64,000 bases of DNA from Eledone cirrhosa. Lineage: Eukaryota. The notes under the pieces were generated by a model, which saw only the letters and a program-made list of their open reading frames with translations, was not told the origin of the DNA and did not search any database. Below are positions 22,401 through 37,400 of the stretch, piece by piece. The stretch is from positions 9,486,001 to 9,550,000 of the forward strand of contig OZ024759.1 of assembly GCA_964016885.1 (NCBI GenBank), in the 5' to 3' direction. The translations under genes and the position numbers were made by a program. Position 1 is the stretch's first letter. The number at the start of each line of letters is the position of its first letter.

Positions 22401-25400
22401 TGTATCTCTCTGTATGTCTTTATCTTGTCCTTAATTAGTTTAGTTCTTGTGTGCCTCTGTATGTCTTTATCTTGTCCTTAATTAGTTTAGTTCTTGTGTG
22501 TCTCTGTATGTCTTCATCTTGTCCTCAATTAGTTTAGTTCTTGTGTGCCTCTGTATGTCTTTATCTTGTCCTTAATTAGTTTAGTTCTTGTGTGCCTCTG
22601 TATGTCTTTATCTAGTCCTTAATTTGTTTAGTTCTTGTGTGTCTCTGTATATCTTTATCTTGTCCTTAATTAGTTTAGTTCTTGTGTGTCTCTGTATGTC
22701 TTTATCTTGTCCTTAATTAGTTTAGTTCTTGTGTGTCTCTGTATGTCTTTATCTTGTTCTTAATTAGTTTAGTTCTTCTGTGTCTCTGTATGTCTTTATC
22801 TTGTCCTTAATTAGTTTAGTTCTTGTGTGCCTCTGTATGTCTTTATCTTGTCCTTAATTAGTTTAGTTCTTGTGTGCCTCTGTATGTCTTTATCTAGTCC
22901 TTAATTAGTTTAGTTCTTGTGTGTCTCTGTATATCTTTATCTTGTCCTTAATTAGTTTAGTTCTTCTGTGTCTCTGTATGTCTTTATCTTGTCCTTAATT
23001 AGTTTAGTTCTTGTGTGTCTCTGTATGTCTTTATCTTGTCCTTAATTAGTTTAGTTCTTGTGTGTCTCTGTATGTCTTTATCTTGTCCTTAATTAGTTTA
23101 GTTCTTGTGTGTCTCTGTATGTCTTTATCTTGTCCTTAATTAGTTTAGTTCTTCTGTGTCACTGTATGTCTTCATCTTGTCCTTAATTAGTTTAGTTCTT
23201 GTGTGCCTCTGTATGTCTTTATCTTGTCCTTAATTAGTTTAGTTCTTCTGTGTCACTGTATGTCTTCATCTTGTCCTTAATTAGTTTAGTTCTTCTGTGT
23301 CTCTGTCTAGTCTTTATTTTGTCCTTAATTAGTTTAGTTCTTGTATGGCTCTGTATGTCTTTATCTTGTCCTTAATTAGTTTAGTAATTGTATGTCTCTG
23401 TATGTCTTTATCTTGTCCTTAATTAGTTTAGTTCTTCTGTGTCTCTGTATGTCTTTATCTTGTCCTTAATTAGTTTAGTTCTTCTGTGTCTCTGTATGTC
23501 TTTATCTTGTCCTTAATTAGTTTAGTTCTTGTGTGTCTCTGTATGTCTTTATCTTGTCCTTAATTAGTTTAGTTCTTGTGTGCCTCTGTATGTCTTTATC
23601 TTGTCCTTAATTAGTTTAGTTCTTGTGTGCCTCTGTATGTCTTTATCTTGTCCTTAATTAGTTTAGTTCTTGTGTGCCTCTGTATGTCTTTATCTTGTCC
23701 TTAATTAGTTTAGTAATTGTATCTCTCTGTATGTCTTTATCTTGTCCTTAATTAGTTTAGTTCTTGTGTGTCTCTGTATGTCTTCATCTTGTCCTCAATT
23801 AGTTTAGTTCTCGTGTGCCTCTGTATGTCTTTATCTTGTCCTTAATTAGTTTAGTAATTGTATCTCTCTGTATGTCTTTATCTTGTCCTTAATTAGTTTA
23901 GTTCTTCTGTGTCTCTGTATGTCTTTATCTTGTCCTTAATTAGTTTAGTTCTTGTGTGTCTCTGTATGTCTTTATCTTGTCCTTAATTAGTTTAGTTCTT
24001 GTGTGTCTCTGTATGTCTTTATCTTGTCCTTAATTAGTTTAGTTCTTGTGTGTCTCTGTATATCTTTATCTTGTCCTTAATTAGTTTAGTTCTTCTGTGT
24101 CTCTGTATGTCTTTATCTTGTCCTTAATTAGTTTAGTTCTTCTGTGTCTCTGTATGTCTTTATCTTCTCCTTAATTAGTTTAGTTCTTGTGTGTCTCTGT
24201 ATGTCTTTATCTTGTTCTTAATTAGTTTAGTTCTTGTGTGCCTCTGTATGTCTTTATCTTGTCCTTAATTAGTTTAGTTCTTCTGTGTCACTGTATGTCT
24301 TCATCTTGTCCTTAATTAGTTTAGTTCTTGTGTGCCTCTGTATGTCTTTATCTTGTCCTTAATTAGTTTAGTTCTTCTGTGTCACTGTATGTCTTCATCT
24401 TGTCCTTAATTAGTTTAGTTCTTCTGTGTCTCTGTCTAGTCTTTATTTTGTCCTTAATTAGTTTAGTTCTTGTATGGCTCTGTATGTCTTTATCTTGTCC
24501 TTAATTAGTTTAGTAATTGTATGTCTCTGTATGTCTTTATCTTGTCCTTAATTAGTTTAGTTCTTCTGTGTCTCTGTATGTCTTTATCTTGTCCTTAATT
24601 AGTTTAGTTCTTCTGTGTCTCTGTATGTCTTTATCTTGTCCTTAATTAGTTTAGTTCTTGTGTGTCTCTGTATGTCTTTATCTTGTCCTTAATTAGTTTA
24701 GTTCTTGTGTGCCTCTGTATGTCTTTATCTTGTCCTTAATTAGTTTAGTTCTTGTGTGCCTCTGTATGTCTTTATCTTGTCCTTAATTAGTTTAGTTCTT
24801 GTGTGCCTCTGTATGTCTTTATCTTGTCCTTAATTAGTTTAGTAATTGTATCTCTCTGTATGTCTTTATCTTGTCCTTAATTAGTTTAGTTCTTGTGTGC
24901 CTCTGTATGTCTTTATCTTGTCCTTAATTAGTTTAGTTCTTGTGTGTCTCTGTATGTCTTCATCTTGTCCTCAATTAGTTTAGTTCTTGTGTGCCTCTGT
25001 ATGTCTTTATCTTGTCCTTAATTAGTTTAGTTCTTGTGTGCCTCTGTATGTCTTTATCTAGTCCTTAATTTGTTTAGTTCTTGTGTGTCTCTGTATATCT
25101 TTATCTTGTCCTTAATTAGTTTAGTTCTTGTGTGTCTCTGTATGTCTTTATCTTGTCCTTAATTAGTTTAGTTCTTGTGTGTCTCTGTATGTCTTTATCT
25201 TGTTCTTAATTAGTTTAGTTCTTCTGTGTCTCTGTATGTCTTTATCTTGTCCTTAATTAGTTTAGTTCTTGTGTGCCTCTGTATGTCTTTATCTTGTCCT
25301 TAATTAGTTTAGTTCTTGTGTGCCTCTGTATGTCTTTATCTAGTCCTTAATTAGTTTAGTTCTTGTGTGTCTCTGTATATCTTTATCTTGTCCTTAATTA

Positions 25401-28400
25401 GTTTAGTTCTTCTGTGTCTCTGTATGTCTTTATCTTGTCCTTAATTAGTTTAGTTCTTGTGTGTCTCTGTATGTCTTTATCTTGTCCTTAATTAGTTTAG
25501 TTCTTGTGTGTCTCTGTATGTCTTTATCTTGTCCTTAATTAGTTTAGTTCTTGTGTGTCTCTGTATGTCTTTATCTTGTCCTTAATTAGTTTAGTTCTTG
25601 TGTGCCTCTGTATGTCTTTATCTTGTCCTTAATTAGTTTAGTTCTTCTGTGTCTCTGTATGTCTTTATCTTGTCCTTAATTAGTTTAGTTCTTGTGTGCC
25701 TCTGTATGTCTTTATCTTGTCCTTAATTAGTTTAGTTCTTCTGTGTCACTGTATGTCTTCATCTTGTCCTTAATTAGTTTAGTTCTTGTGTGCCTCTGTA
25801 TGTCTTTATCTTGTCCTTAATTAGTTTAGTTCTTCTGTGTCACTGTATGTCTTCATCTTGTCCTTAATTAGTTTAGTTCTTCTGTGTCTCTGTCTAGTCT
25901 TTATTTTGTCCTTAATTAGTTTAGTTCTTGTATGGCTCTGTATGTCTTTATCTTGTCCTTAATTAGTTTAGTAATTGTATGTCTCTGTATGTCTTTATCT
26001 TGTCCTTAATTAGTTTAGTTCTTCTGTGTCTCTGTATGTCTTTATCTTGTCCTTAATTAGTTTAGTTCTTCTGTGTCTCTGTATGTCTTTATCTTGTCCT
26101 TAATTAGTTTAGTTCTTGTGTGTCTCTGTATGTCTTTATCTTGTCCTTAATTAGTTTAGTTCTTGTGTGCCTCTGTATGTCTTTATCTTGTCCTTAATTA
26201 GTTTAGTTCTTGTGTGCCTCTGTATGTCTTTATCTTGTCCTTAATTAGTTTAGTTCTTGTGTGCCTCTGTATGTCTTTATCTTGTCCTTAATTAGTTTAG
26301 TAATTGTATCTCTCTGTATGTCTTTATCTTGTCCTTAATTAGTTTAGTTCTTGTGTGTCTCTGTATGTCTTCATCTTGTCCTCAATTAGTTTAGTTCTCG
26401 TGTGCCTCTGTATGTCTTTATCTTGTCCTTAATTAGTTTAGTAATTGTATCTCTCTGTATGTCTTTATCTTGTCCTTAATTAGTTTAGTTCTTCTGTGTC
26501 TCTGTATGTCTTTATCTTGTCCTTAATTAGTTTAGTTCTTGTGTGTCTCTGTATGTCTTTATCTTGTCCTTAATTAGTTTAGTTCTTGTGTGTCTCTGTA
26601 TGTCTTTATCTTGTCCTTAATTAGTTTAGTTCTTGTGTGTCTCTGTATATCTTTATCTTGTCCTTAATTAGTTTAGTTCTTCTGTGTCTCTGTATGTCTT
26701 TATCTTGTCCTTAATTAGTTTAGTTCTTCTGTGTCTCTGTATGTCTTTATCTTGTCCTTAATTAGTTTAGTTCTTGTGTGTCTCTGTATGTCTTTATCTT
26801 GTTCTTAATTAGTTTAGTTCTTGTGTGCCTCTGTATGTCTTTATCTTGTCCTTAATTAGTTTAGTTCTTCTGTGTCACTGTATGTCTTCATCTTGTCCTT
26901 AATTAGTTTAGTTCTTGTGTGCCTCTGTATGTCTTTATCTTGTCCTTAATTAGTTTAGTTCTTCTGTGTCACTGTATGTCTTCATCTTGTCCTTAATTAG
27001 TTTAGTTCTTCTGTGTCTCTGTCTAGTCTTTATTTTGTCCTTAATTAGTTTAGTTCTTGTATGGCTCTGTATGTCTTTATCTTGTCCTTAATTAGTTTAG
27101 TAATTGTATGTCTCTGTATGTCTTTATCTTGTCCTTAATTAGTTTAGTTCTTCTGTGTCTCTGTATGTCTTTATCTTGTCCTTAATTAGTTTAGTTCTTC
27201 TGTGTCTCTGTATGTCTTTATCTTGTCCTTAATTAGTTTAGTTCTTGTGTGTCTCTGTATGTCTTTATCTTGTCCTTAATTAGTTTAGTTCTTGTGTGCC
27301 TCTGTATGTCTTTATCTTGTCCTTAATTAGTTTAGTTCTTGTGTGCCTCTGTATGTCTTTATCTTGTCCTTAATTAGTTTAGTTCTTGTGTGCCTCTGTA
27401 TGTCTTTATCTTGTCCTTAATTAGTTTAGTAATTGTATCTCTCTGTATGTCTTTATCTTGTCCTTAATTAGTTTAGTTCTTGTGTGCCTCTGTATGTCTT
27501 TATCTTGTCCTTAATTAGTTTAATTCTTGTGTGTCTCTGTATGTCTTCATCTTGTCCTCAATTAGTTTAGTTCTTGTGTGCCTCTGTATGTCTTTATCTT
27601 GTCCTTAATTAGTTTAGTTCTTGTGTGCCTCTGTATGTCTTTATCTTGTCCTTAATTAGTTTAGTTCTTGTGTGTCTCTGTATGTCTTTATCTTGTCCTT
27701 AATTAGTTTAGTTCTTGTGTACCTCTGTATGTCTTTATCTTGTCCTTAATTAGTTTAGTTCTTGTGTGCCTCTGTATGTCTTTATCTTGTCCTTAATTAG
27801 TTTAGTTCTTGTGTGCCTCTGTATGTCTTTATCTAGTCCTTAATTAGTTTAGTTCTTGTGTGTCTCTGTATATCTTTATCTTGTCCTTAATTAGTTTAGT
27901 TCTTCTGTGTCTCTGTATGTCTTTATCTTGTCCTTAATTAGTTTAGTTCTTGTGTGCCTCTGTATGTCTTTATCTTGTCCTTAATTAGTTTAGTTCTTGT
28001 ATGTCTCTGTATGTCTTTATCTTGTCCTTAATTAGTTTAGTTCTTCTGTGTCTCTGTATGTCTTTATCTTGTCCTTAATTAGTTTAGTTCTTGTGTGTCT
28101 CTGTATGTCTTTATCTTGTCCTTAATTAGTTTAGTTCTTGTGTGTCTCTGTATGTCTTTATCTTGTCCTTAATTAGTTTAGTTCTTGTGTGTCTCTGTAT
28201 GTCTTTATCTTGTCCTTAATTAGTTTAGTTCTTGTGTGCCTCTGTATGTCTTTATCTTGTCCTTAATTAGTTTAGTTCTTCTGTGTCTCTGTATGTCTTT
28301 ATCTTGTCCTTAATTAGTTTAGTTCTTGTGTGCCTCTGTATGTCTTTATCTTGTCCTTAATTAGTTTAGTTCTTCTGTGTCACTGTATGTCTTCATCTTG

Positions 28401-31400
28401 TCCTTAATTAGTTTAGTTCTTGTGTGCCTCTGTATGTCTTTATCTTGTCCTTAATTAGTTTAGTTCTTCTGTGTCACTGTATGTCTTCATCTTGTCCTTA
28501 ATTAGTTTAGTTCTTCTGTGTCTCTGTCTAGTCTTTATTTTGTCCTTAATTAGTTTAGTTCTTGTATGGCTCTGTATGTCTTTATCTTGTCCTTAATTAG
28601 TTTAGTAATTGTATGTCTCTGTATGTCTTTATCTTGTCCTTAATTAGTTTAGTTCTTCTGTGTCTCTGTATGTCTTTATCTTGTCCTTAATTAGTTTAGT
28701 TCTTCTGTGTCTCTGTATGTCTTTATCTTGTCCTTAATTAGTTTAGTTCTTGTGTGTCTCTGTATGTCTTTATCTTGTCCTTAATTAGTTTAGTTCTTGT
28801 GTGCCTCTGTATGTCTTTATCTTGTCCTTAATTAGTTTAGTTCTTGTGTGCCTCTGTATGTCTTTATCTTGTCCTTAATTAGTTTAGTTCTTGTGTGCCT
28901 CTGTATGTCTTTATCTTGTCCTTAATTAGTTTAGTAATTGTATCTCTCTGTATGTCTTTATCTTGTCCTTAATTAGTTTAGTTCTTGTGTGTCTCTGTAT
29001 GTCTTCATCTTGTCCTCAATTAGTTTAGTTCTCGTGTGCCTCTGTATGTCTTTATCTTGTCCTTAATTAGTTTAGTAATTGTATCTCTCTGTATGTCTTT
29101 ATCTTGTCCTTAATTAGTTTAGTTCTTCTGTGTCTCTGTATGTCTTTATCTTGTCCTTAATTAGTTTAGTTCTTGTGTGTCTCTGTATGTCTTTATCTTG
29201 TCCTTAATTAGTTTAGTTCTTGTGTGTCTCTGTATGTCTTTATCTTGTCCTTAATTAGTTTAGTTCTTGTGTGTCTCTGTATATCTTTATCTTGTCCTTA
29301 ATTAGTTTAGTTCTTCTGTGTCTCTGTATGTCTTTATCTTGTCCTTAATTAGTTTAGTTCTTCTGTGTCTCTGTATGTCTTTATCTTGTCCTTAATTAGT
29401 TTAGTTCTTGTGTGTCTCTGTATGTCTTTATCTTGTTCTTAATTAGTTTAGTTCTTGTGTGCCTCTGTATGTCTTTATCTTGTCCTTAATTAGTTTAGTT
29501 CTTCTGTGTCACTGTATGTCTTCATCTTGTCCTTAATTAGTTTAGTTCTTGTGTGCCTCTGTATGTCTTTATCTTGTCCTTAATTAGTTTAGTTCTTCTG
29601 TGTCACTGTATGTCTTCATCTTGTCCTTAATTAGTTTAGTTCTTCTGTGTCTCTGTCTAGTCTTTATTTTGTCCTTAATTAGTTTAGTTCTTGTATGGCT
29701 CTGTATGTCTTTATCTTGTCCTTAATTAGTTTAGTAATTGTATGTCTCTGTATGTCTTTATCTTGTCCTTAATTAGTTTAGTTCTTCTGTGTCTCTGTAT
29801 GTCTTTATCTTGTCCTTAATTAGTTTAGTTCTTCTGTGTCTCTGTATGTCTTTATCTTGTCCTTAATTAGTTTAGTTCTTGTGTGTCTCTGTATGTCTTT
29901 ATCTTGTCCTTAATTAGTTTAGTTCTTGTGTGCCTCTGTATGTCTTTATCTTGTCCTTAATTAGTTTAGTTCTTGTGTGCCTCTGTATGTCTTTATCTTG
30001 TCCTTAATTAGTTTAGTTCTTGTGTGCCTCTGTATGTCTTTATCTTGTCCTTAATTAGTTTAGTAATTGTATCTCTCTGTATGTCTTTATCTTGTCCTTA
30101 ATTAGTTTAGTTCTTGTGTGCCTCTGTATGTCTTTATCTTGTCCTTAATTAGTTTAATTCTTGTGTGTCTCTGTATGTCTTCATCTTGTCCTCAATTAGT
30201 TTAGTTCTTGTGTGCCTCTGTATGTCTTTATCTTGTCCTTAATTAGTTTAGTTCTTGTGTGCCTCTGTATGTCTTTATCTTGTCCTTAATTAGTTTAGTT
30301 CTTGTGTGTCTCTGTATGTCTTTATCTTGTCCTTAATTAGTTTAGTTCTTGTGTACCTCTGTATGTCTTTATCTTGTCCTTAATTAGTTTAGTTCTTGTG
30401 TGCCTCTGTATGTCTTTATCTTGTCCTTAATTAGTTTAGTTCTTGTGTGCCTCTGTATGTCTTTATCTAGTCCTTAATTAGTTTAGTTCTTGTGTGTCTC
30501 TGTATATCTTTATCTTGTCCTTAATTAGTTTAGTTCTTCTGTGTCTCTGTATGTCTTTATCTTGTCCTTAATTAGTTTAGTTCTTGTGTGCCTCTGTATG
30601 TCTTTATCTTGTCCTTAATTAGTTTAGTTCTTGTGTGTCTCTGTATATCTTTATCTTGTCCTTAATTAGTTTAGTTCTTGTGTGCCTCTGTATGTCTTTA
30701 TCTTGTCCTTAATTAATTTAGTTCTTGTGTGTCTCTGTATGTCTTTATCTTGTCCTTAATTAGTTTAGTTCTTGTGTACCTCTGTATGTCTTTATCTTGT
30801 CCTTAATTAGTTTAGTTCTTGTGTGCCTCTGTATGTCTTTATCTTGTCCTTAATTAGTTTAGTTCTTGTGTGCCTCTGTATGTCTTTATCTAGTCCTTAA
30901 TTAGTTTAGTTCTTGTGTGTCTCTGTATATCTTTATCTTGTCCTTAATTAGTTTAGTTCTTCTGTGTCTCTGTATGTCTTTATCTTGTCCTTAATTAGTT
31001 TAGTTCTTCTGTGTCTCTGTATGTCTTTATCTTGTCCTTAATTAGTTTAGTTCTTGTGTGCCTCTGTATGTCTTTATCTTGTCCTTAATTAGTTTAGTTC
31101 TTGTGTGTCTCTGTATATCTTTATCTAGTCCTTAATTAGTTTAGTTCTTGTGTGCCTCTGTATGTCTTTATCTTGTCCTTAATTAGTTTAGTTCTTCTGT
31201 GTCTCTGTATGTCTTTATCTTGTCCTTAATTAGTTTAGTTCTTGTGTGCCTCTGTATATCTTTATCTTGTCCTTAATTAGTTTAGTTCTTGTGTGCCTCT
31301 GTATGTCTTTATCTTGTCCTTAATTAGTTTAGTTCTTGTGTGTCTCTGTATGTCTTTATCTTGTCCTTAATTAGTTTAGTTCTTGTGTGTCTCTGTATGT

Positions 31401-34400
31401 CTTTATCTTGTCCTTAATTAGTTTAGTTCTTGTGTGTCTCTGTATATCTTTATCTTGTCCTTAATTAGTTTAGTTCTTCTGTGTCACTGTATGTCTTCAT
31501 CTTGTCCTTAATTAGTTTAGTTCTTGTGTGTCTCTGTCTAGTCTTTATTTTGTCCTTAATTAGTTTAGTTCTTGTATGGCTCTGTATGTCTTTATCTTGT
31601 CCTTAATTAGTTTAGTTCTTCTGTGTCTCTGTATGTCTTTATCTTGTCCTTAATTAGTTTAGTTCTTCTGTGTCTCTGTATGTCTTTATCTTGTCCTTAA
31701 TTAGTTTAGTTCTTGTGTGCCTCTGTATGTCTTTATCTTGTCCTTAATTAGTTTAGTTCTTGTGTGTCTCTGTATGTCTTTATCTTGTCCTTAATTAGTT
31801 TAGTTCTTGTGTGTCTCTGTATATCTTTATCTTGTCCTTAATTAGTTTAGTTCTTCTGTGTCTCTGTATGTCTTTATCTTGTCCTTAATTAGTTTAGTTC
31901 TTCTGTGTCTCTGTATGTCTTTATCTTGTCCTTAATTAGTTTAGTTCTTGTGTGTCTCTGTATGTCTTTATCTTGTTCTTAATTAGTTTAGTTCTTGTGT
32001 GCCTCTGTATGTCTTTATCTTGTCCTTAATTAGTTTAGTTCTTCTGTGTCACTGTATGTCTTCATCTTGTCCTTAATTAGTTTAGTTCTTGTGTGCCTCT
32101 GTATGTCTTTATCTTGTCCTTAATTAGTTTAGTTCTTCTGTGTCACTGTATGTCTTCATCTTGTCCTTAATTAGTTTAGTTCTTCTGTGTCTCTGTCTAG
32201 TCTTTATTTTGTCCTTAATTAGTTTAGTTCTTGTATGGCTCTGTATGTCTTTATCTTGTCCTTAATTAGTTTAGTAATTGTATGTCTCTGTATGTCTTTA
32301 TCTTGTCCTTAATTAGTTTAGTTCTTCTGTGTCTCTGTATGTCTTTATCTTGTCCTTAATTAGTTTAGTTCTTCTGTGTCTCTGTATGTCTTTATCTTGT
32401 CCTTAATTAGTTTAGTTCTTGTGTGTCTCTGTATGTCTTTATCTTGTCCTTAATTAGTTTAGTTCTTGTGTGCCTCTGTATGTCTTTATCTTGTCCTTAA
32501 TTAGTTTAGTTCTTGTGTGCCTCTGTATGTCTTTATCTTGTCCTTAATTAGTTTAGTTCTTGTGTGCCTCTGTATGTCTTTATCTTGTCCTTAATTAGTT
32601 TAGTAATTGTATCTCTCTGTATGTCTTTATCTTGTCCTTAATTAGTTTAGTTCTTGTGTGCCTCTGTATGTCTTTATCTTGTCCTTAATTAGTTTAATTC
32701 TTGTGTGTCTCTGTATGTCTTCATCTTGTCCTCAATTAGTTTAGTTCTTGTGTGCCTCTGTATGTCTTTATCTTGTCCTTAATTAGTTTAGTTCTTGTGT
32801 GCCTCTGTATGTCTTTATCTTGTCCTTAATTAGTTTAGTTCTTGTGTGTCTCTGTATGTCTTTATCTTGTCCTTAATTAGTTTAGTTCTTGTGTACCTCT
32901 GTATGTCTTTATCTTGTCCTTAATTAGTTTAGTTCTTGTGTGCCTCTGTATGTCTTTATCTTGTCCTTAATTAGTTTAGTTCTTGTGTGCCTCTGTATGT
33001 CTTTATCTAGTCCTTAATTAGTTTAGTTCTTGTGTGTCTCTGTATATCTTTATCTTGTCCTTAATTAGTTTAGTTCTTCTGTGTCTCTGTATGTCTTTAT
33101 CTTGTCCTTAATTAGTTTAGTTCTTGTGTGCCTCTGTATGTCTTTATCTTGTCCTTAATTAGTTTAGTTCTTGTGTGTCTCTGTATATCTTTATCTTGTC
33201 CTTAATTAGTTTAGTTCTTGTGTGCCTCTGTATGTCTTTATCTTGTCCTTAATTAATTTAGTTCTTGTGTGTCTCTGTATGTCTTTATCTTGTCCTTAAT
33301 TAGTTTAGTTCTTGTGTACCTCTGTATGTCTTTATCTTGTCCTTAATTAGTTTAGTTCTTGTGTGCCTCTGTATGTCTTTATCTTGTCCTTAATTAGTTT
33401 AGTTCTTGTGTGCCTCTGTATGTCTTTATCTAGTCCTGAATTAGTTTAGTTCTTGTGTGTCTCTGTATATCTTTATCTTGTCCTTAATTAGTTTAGTTCT
33501 TCTGTGTCTCTGTATGTCTTTATCTTGTCCTTAATTAGTTTAGTTCTTCTGTGTCTCTGTATGTCTTTATCTTGTCCTTAATTAGTTTAGTTCTTGTGTG
33601 CCTCTGTATGTCTTTATCTTGTCCTTAATTAGTTTAGTTCTTGTGTGTCTCTGTATATCTTTATCTAGTCCTTAATTAGTTTAGTTCTTGTGTGCCTCTG
33701 TATGTCTTTATCTTGTCCTTAATTAGTTTAGTTCTTCTGTGTCTCTGTATGTCTTTATCTTGTCCTTAATTAGTTTAGTTCTTGTGTGCCTCTGTATATC
33801 TTTATCTTGTCCTTAATTAGTTTAGTTCTTGTGTGCCTCTGTATGTCTTTATCTTGTCCTTAATTAGTTTAGTTCTTGTGTGTCTCTGTATGTCTTTATC
33901 TTGTCCTTAATTAGTTTAGTTCTTGTGTGTCTCTGTATGTCTTTATCTTGTCCTTAATTAGTTTAGTTCTTGTGTGTCTCTGTATATCTTTATCTTGTCC
34001 TTAATTAGTTTAGTTCTTCTGTGTCACTGTATGTCTTCATCTTGTCCTTAATTAGTTTAGTTCTTGTGTGTCTCTGTCTAGTCTTTATTTTGTCCTTAAT
34101 TAGTTTAGTTCTTGTATGGCTCTGTATGTCTTTATCTTGTCCTTAATTAGTTTAGTAATTGTATGTCTCTGTATGTCTTTATCTTGTCCTTAATTAGTTT
34201 AGTTCTTCTGTGTCTCTGTATGTCTTTATCTTGTCCTTAATTAGTTTAGTTCTTCTGTGTCTCTGTATGTCTTTATCTTGTCCTTAATTAGTTTAGTTCT
34301 TGTGTGTCTCTGTATGTCTTTATCTTGTCCTTAATTAGTTTAGTTCTTGTGTGTCTCTGTATGTCTTTATCTTGTCCTTAATTAGTTTAGTTCTTGTGTG

Positions 34401-37400
34401 CCTCTGTATGTCTTTATCTTGTCCTTAATTAGTTTAGTTCTTGTGTGCCTCTGTATGTCTTTATCTTGTCCTTAATTAGTTTAGTTCTTGTGTGTCTCTG
34501 TATATCTTTATCTTGTCCTTAATTAGTTTAGTTCTTGTGTGTCTCTGTATGTCTTTATCTTGTCCTTAATTAGTTTAGTTCTTGTGTGTCTCTGTATGTC
34601 TTTATCTTGTCCTTAATTAGTTTAGTTCTTGTGTGTCTCTGTATGTCTTTATCTTGTCCTTAATTAGTTTAGTTCTTGTGTACCTCTGTATGTCTTTATC
34701 TTGTCCTTAATTAGTTTAGTTCTTGTGTGCCTCTGTATGTCTTTATCTTGTCCTTAATTAGTTTAGTTCTTGTGTGCCTCTGTATGTCTTTATCTAGTCC
34801 TTAATTAGTTTAGTTCTTGTGTGTCTCTGTATATCTTTATCTTGTCCTTAATTAGTTTAGTTCTTCTGTGTCTCTGTATGTCTTTATCTTGTCCTTAATT
34901 AGTTTAGTTCTTGTGTGCCTCTGTATGTCTTTATCTTGTCCTTAATTAGTTTAGTTCTTGTGTGTCTCTGTATATCTTTATCTAGTCCTTAATTAGTTTA
35001 GTTCTTGTGTGCCTCTGTATGTCTTTATCTTGTCCTTAATTAGTTTAGTTCTTCTGTGTCTCTGTATGTCTTTATCTTGTCCTTAATTAGTTTAGTTCTT
35101 GTGTGCCTCTGTATATCTTTATCTTGTCCTTAATTAGTTTAGTTCTTGTGTGCCTCTGTATGTCTTTATCTTGTCCTTAATTAGTTTAGTTCTTGTGTGT
35201 CTCTGTATGTCTTTATCTTGTCCTTAATTAGTTTAGTTCTTGTGTGTCTCTGTATGTCTTTATCTTGTCCTTAATTAGTTTAGTTCTTGTGTGTCTCTGT
35301 ATATCTTTATCTTGTCCTTAATTAGTTTAGTTCTTCTGTGTCACTGTATGTCTTCATCTTGTCCTTAATTAGTTTAGTTCTTGTGTGTCTCTGTCTAGTC
35401 TTTATTTTGTCCTTAATTAGTTTAGTTCTTGTATGGCTCTGTATGTCTTTATCTTGTCCTTAATTAGTTTAGTAATTGTATGTCTCTGTATGTCTTTATC
35501 TTGTCCTTAATTAGTTTAGTTCTTCTGTGTCTCTGTATGTCTTTATCTTGTCCTTAATTAGTTTAGTTCTTCTGTGTCTCTGTATGTCTTTATCTTGTCC
35601 TTAATTAGTTTAGTTCTTGTGTGTCTCTGTATGTCTTTATCTTGTCCTTAATTAGTTTAGTTCTTGTGTGTCTCTGTATGTCTTTATCTTGTCCTTAATT
35701 AGTTTAGTTCTTGTGTGCCTCTGTATGTCTTTATCTTGTCCTTAATTAGTTTAGTTCTTGTGTGCCTCTGTATATCTTTATCTTGTCCTTAATTAGTTTA
35801 GTTCTTGTGTGTCTCTGTATGTCTTTATCTTGTCCTTAATTAGTTTAGTTCTTGTGTGTCTCTGTATGTCTTTATCTTGTCCTTAATTAGTTTAGTTCTT
35901 GTGTGTCTCTGTATGTCTTTATCTTGTCCTTAATTAGTTTAGTTCTTGTGTACCTCTGTATGTCTTTATCTTGTCCTTAATTAGTTTAGTTCTTGTGTGC
36001 CTCTGTATGTCTTTATCTTGTCCTTAATTAGTTTAGTTCTTGTGTGCCTCTGTATGTCTTTATCTAGTCCTTAATTAGTTTAGTTCTTGTGTGTCTCTGT
36101 ATATCTTTATCTTGTCCTTAATTAGTTTAGTTCTTCTGTGTCTCTGTATGTCTTTATCTTGTCCTTAATTAGTTTAGTTCTTGTGTGCCTCTGTATGTCT
36201 TTATCTTGTCCTTAATTAGTTTAGTTCTTGTGTGTCTCTGTATATCTTTATCTTGTCCTTAATTAGTTTAGTTCTTCGGTGTCTCTGTATGTCTTTATCT
36301 TGTCCTTAATTAGTTTAGTTCTTGTGTGTCTCTGTATGTCTTTATCTTGTCCTTAATTAGTTTAGTTCTTGTGTGTCTCTGTATGTCTTTATCTTGTCCT
36401 TAATTAGTTTAGTTCTTCTGTGTCTCTGTATGTCTTTATCTTGTCCTTAATTAGTTTAGTTCTTGTGTGCCTCTGTATGTCTTTATCTTGTCCTTAATTA
36501 GTTTAGTTCTTCTGTGCCTCTGTATGTCTTTATCTAGTCCTTAATTAGTTTAGTTCTTGTGTGTCTCTGTATATCTTTATCTTGTCCTTAATTAGTTTAG
36601 TTCTTCTGTGTCTCTGTATGTCTTTATCTTGTCCTTAATTAGTTTAGTTCTTGTGTGCCTCTGTATGTCTTTATCTTGTCCTTAATTAGTTTAGTTCTTG
36701 TGTGTCTCTGTATATCTTTAACTTGTCCTTAATTAGTTTAGTTCTTCTGTGTCTCTGTATGTCTTTATCTTGTCCTTAATTAGTTTAGTTCTTCTGTGTC
36801 TCTGTATGTCTTTATCTTGTCCTTAATTAGTTTAGTTCTTCTGTGTCTCTGTATGTCTTTATCTAGTCCTTAATTAGTTTAGTTCTTGTGTGTCTCTGTA
36901 TGTCTTTATCTTGTCCTTAATTAGTTTAGTTCTTGTGTGCCTCTGTATGTCTTTATCTTGTCCTTAATTAATTTAGTTCTTCTGTGTCTCTGTATGTCTT
37001 TATCTTGTCCTTAATTAGTTTAGTTCTTGTGTGCCTCTGTATGTCTTTATCTTGTCCTTAATTAGTTTAGTTCTTCTGTGTCACTGTATGTCTTCATCTT
37101 GTCCTTAATTAGTTTAGTTCTTGTGTGCCTCTGTATGTCTTTATCTTGTCCTTAATTAGTTTAGTTCTTCTGTGTCACTGTATGTCTTCATCTTGTCCTT
37201 AATTAGTTTAGTTCTTGTGTGTCTCTGTCTAGTCTTTATTTTGTCCTTAATTAGTTTAGTTCTTGTATAGCTCTGTATGTCTTTATCTTGTCCTTAATTA
37301 GTTTAGTAATTGTATGTCTCTGTATGTCTTTATCTTGTCCTTAATTAGTTTAGTTCTTGTGTGCCTCTGTATATCTTTATCTTGTCCTTAATTAGTTCAG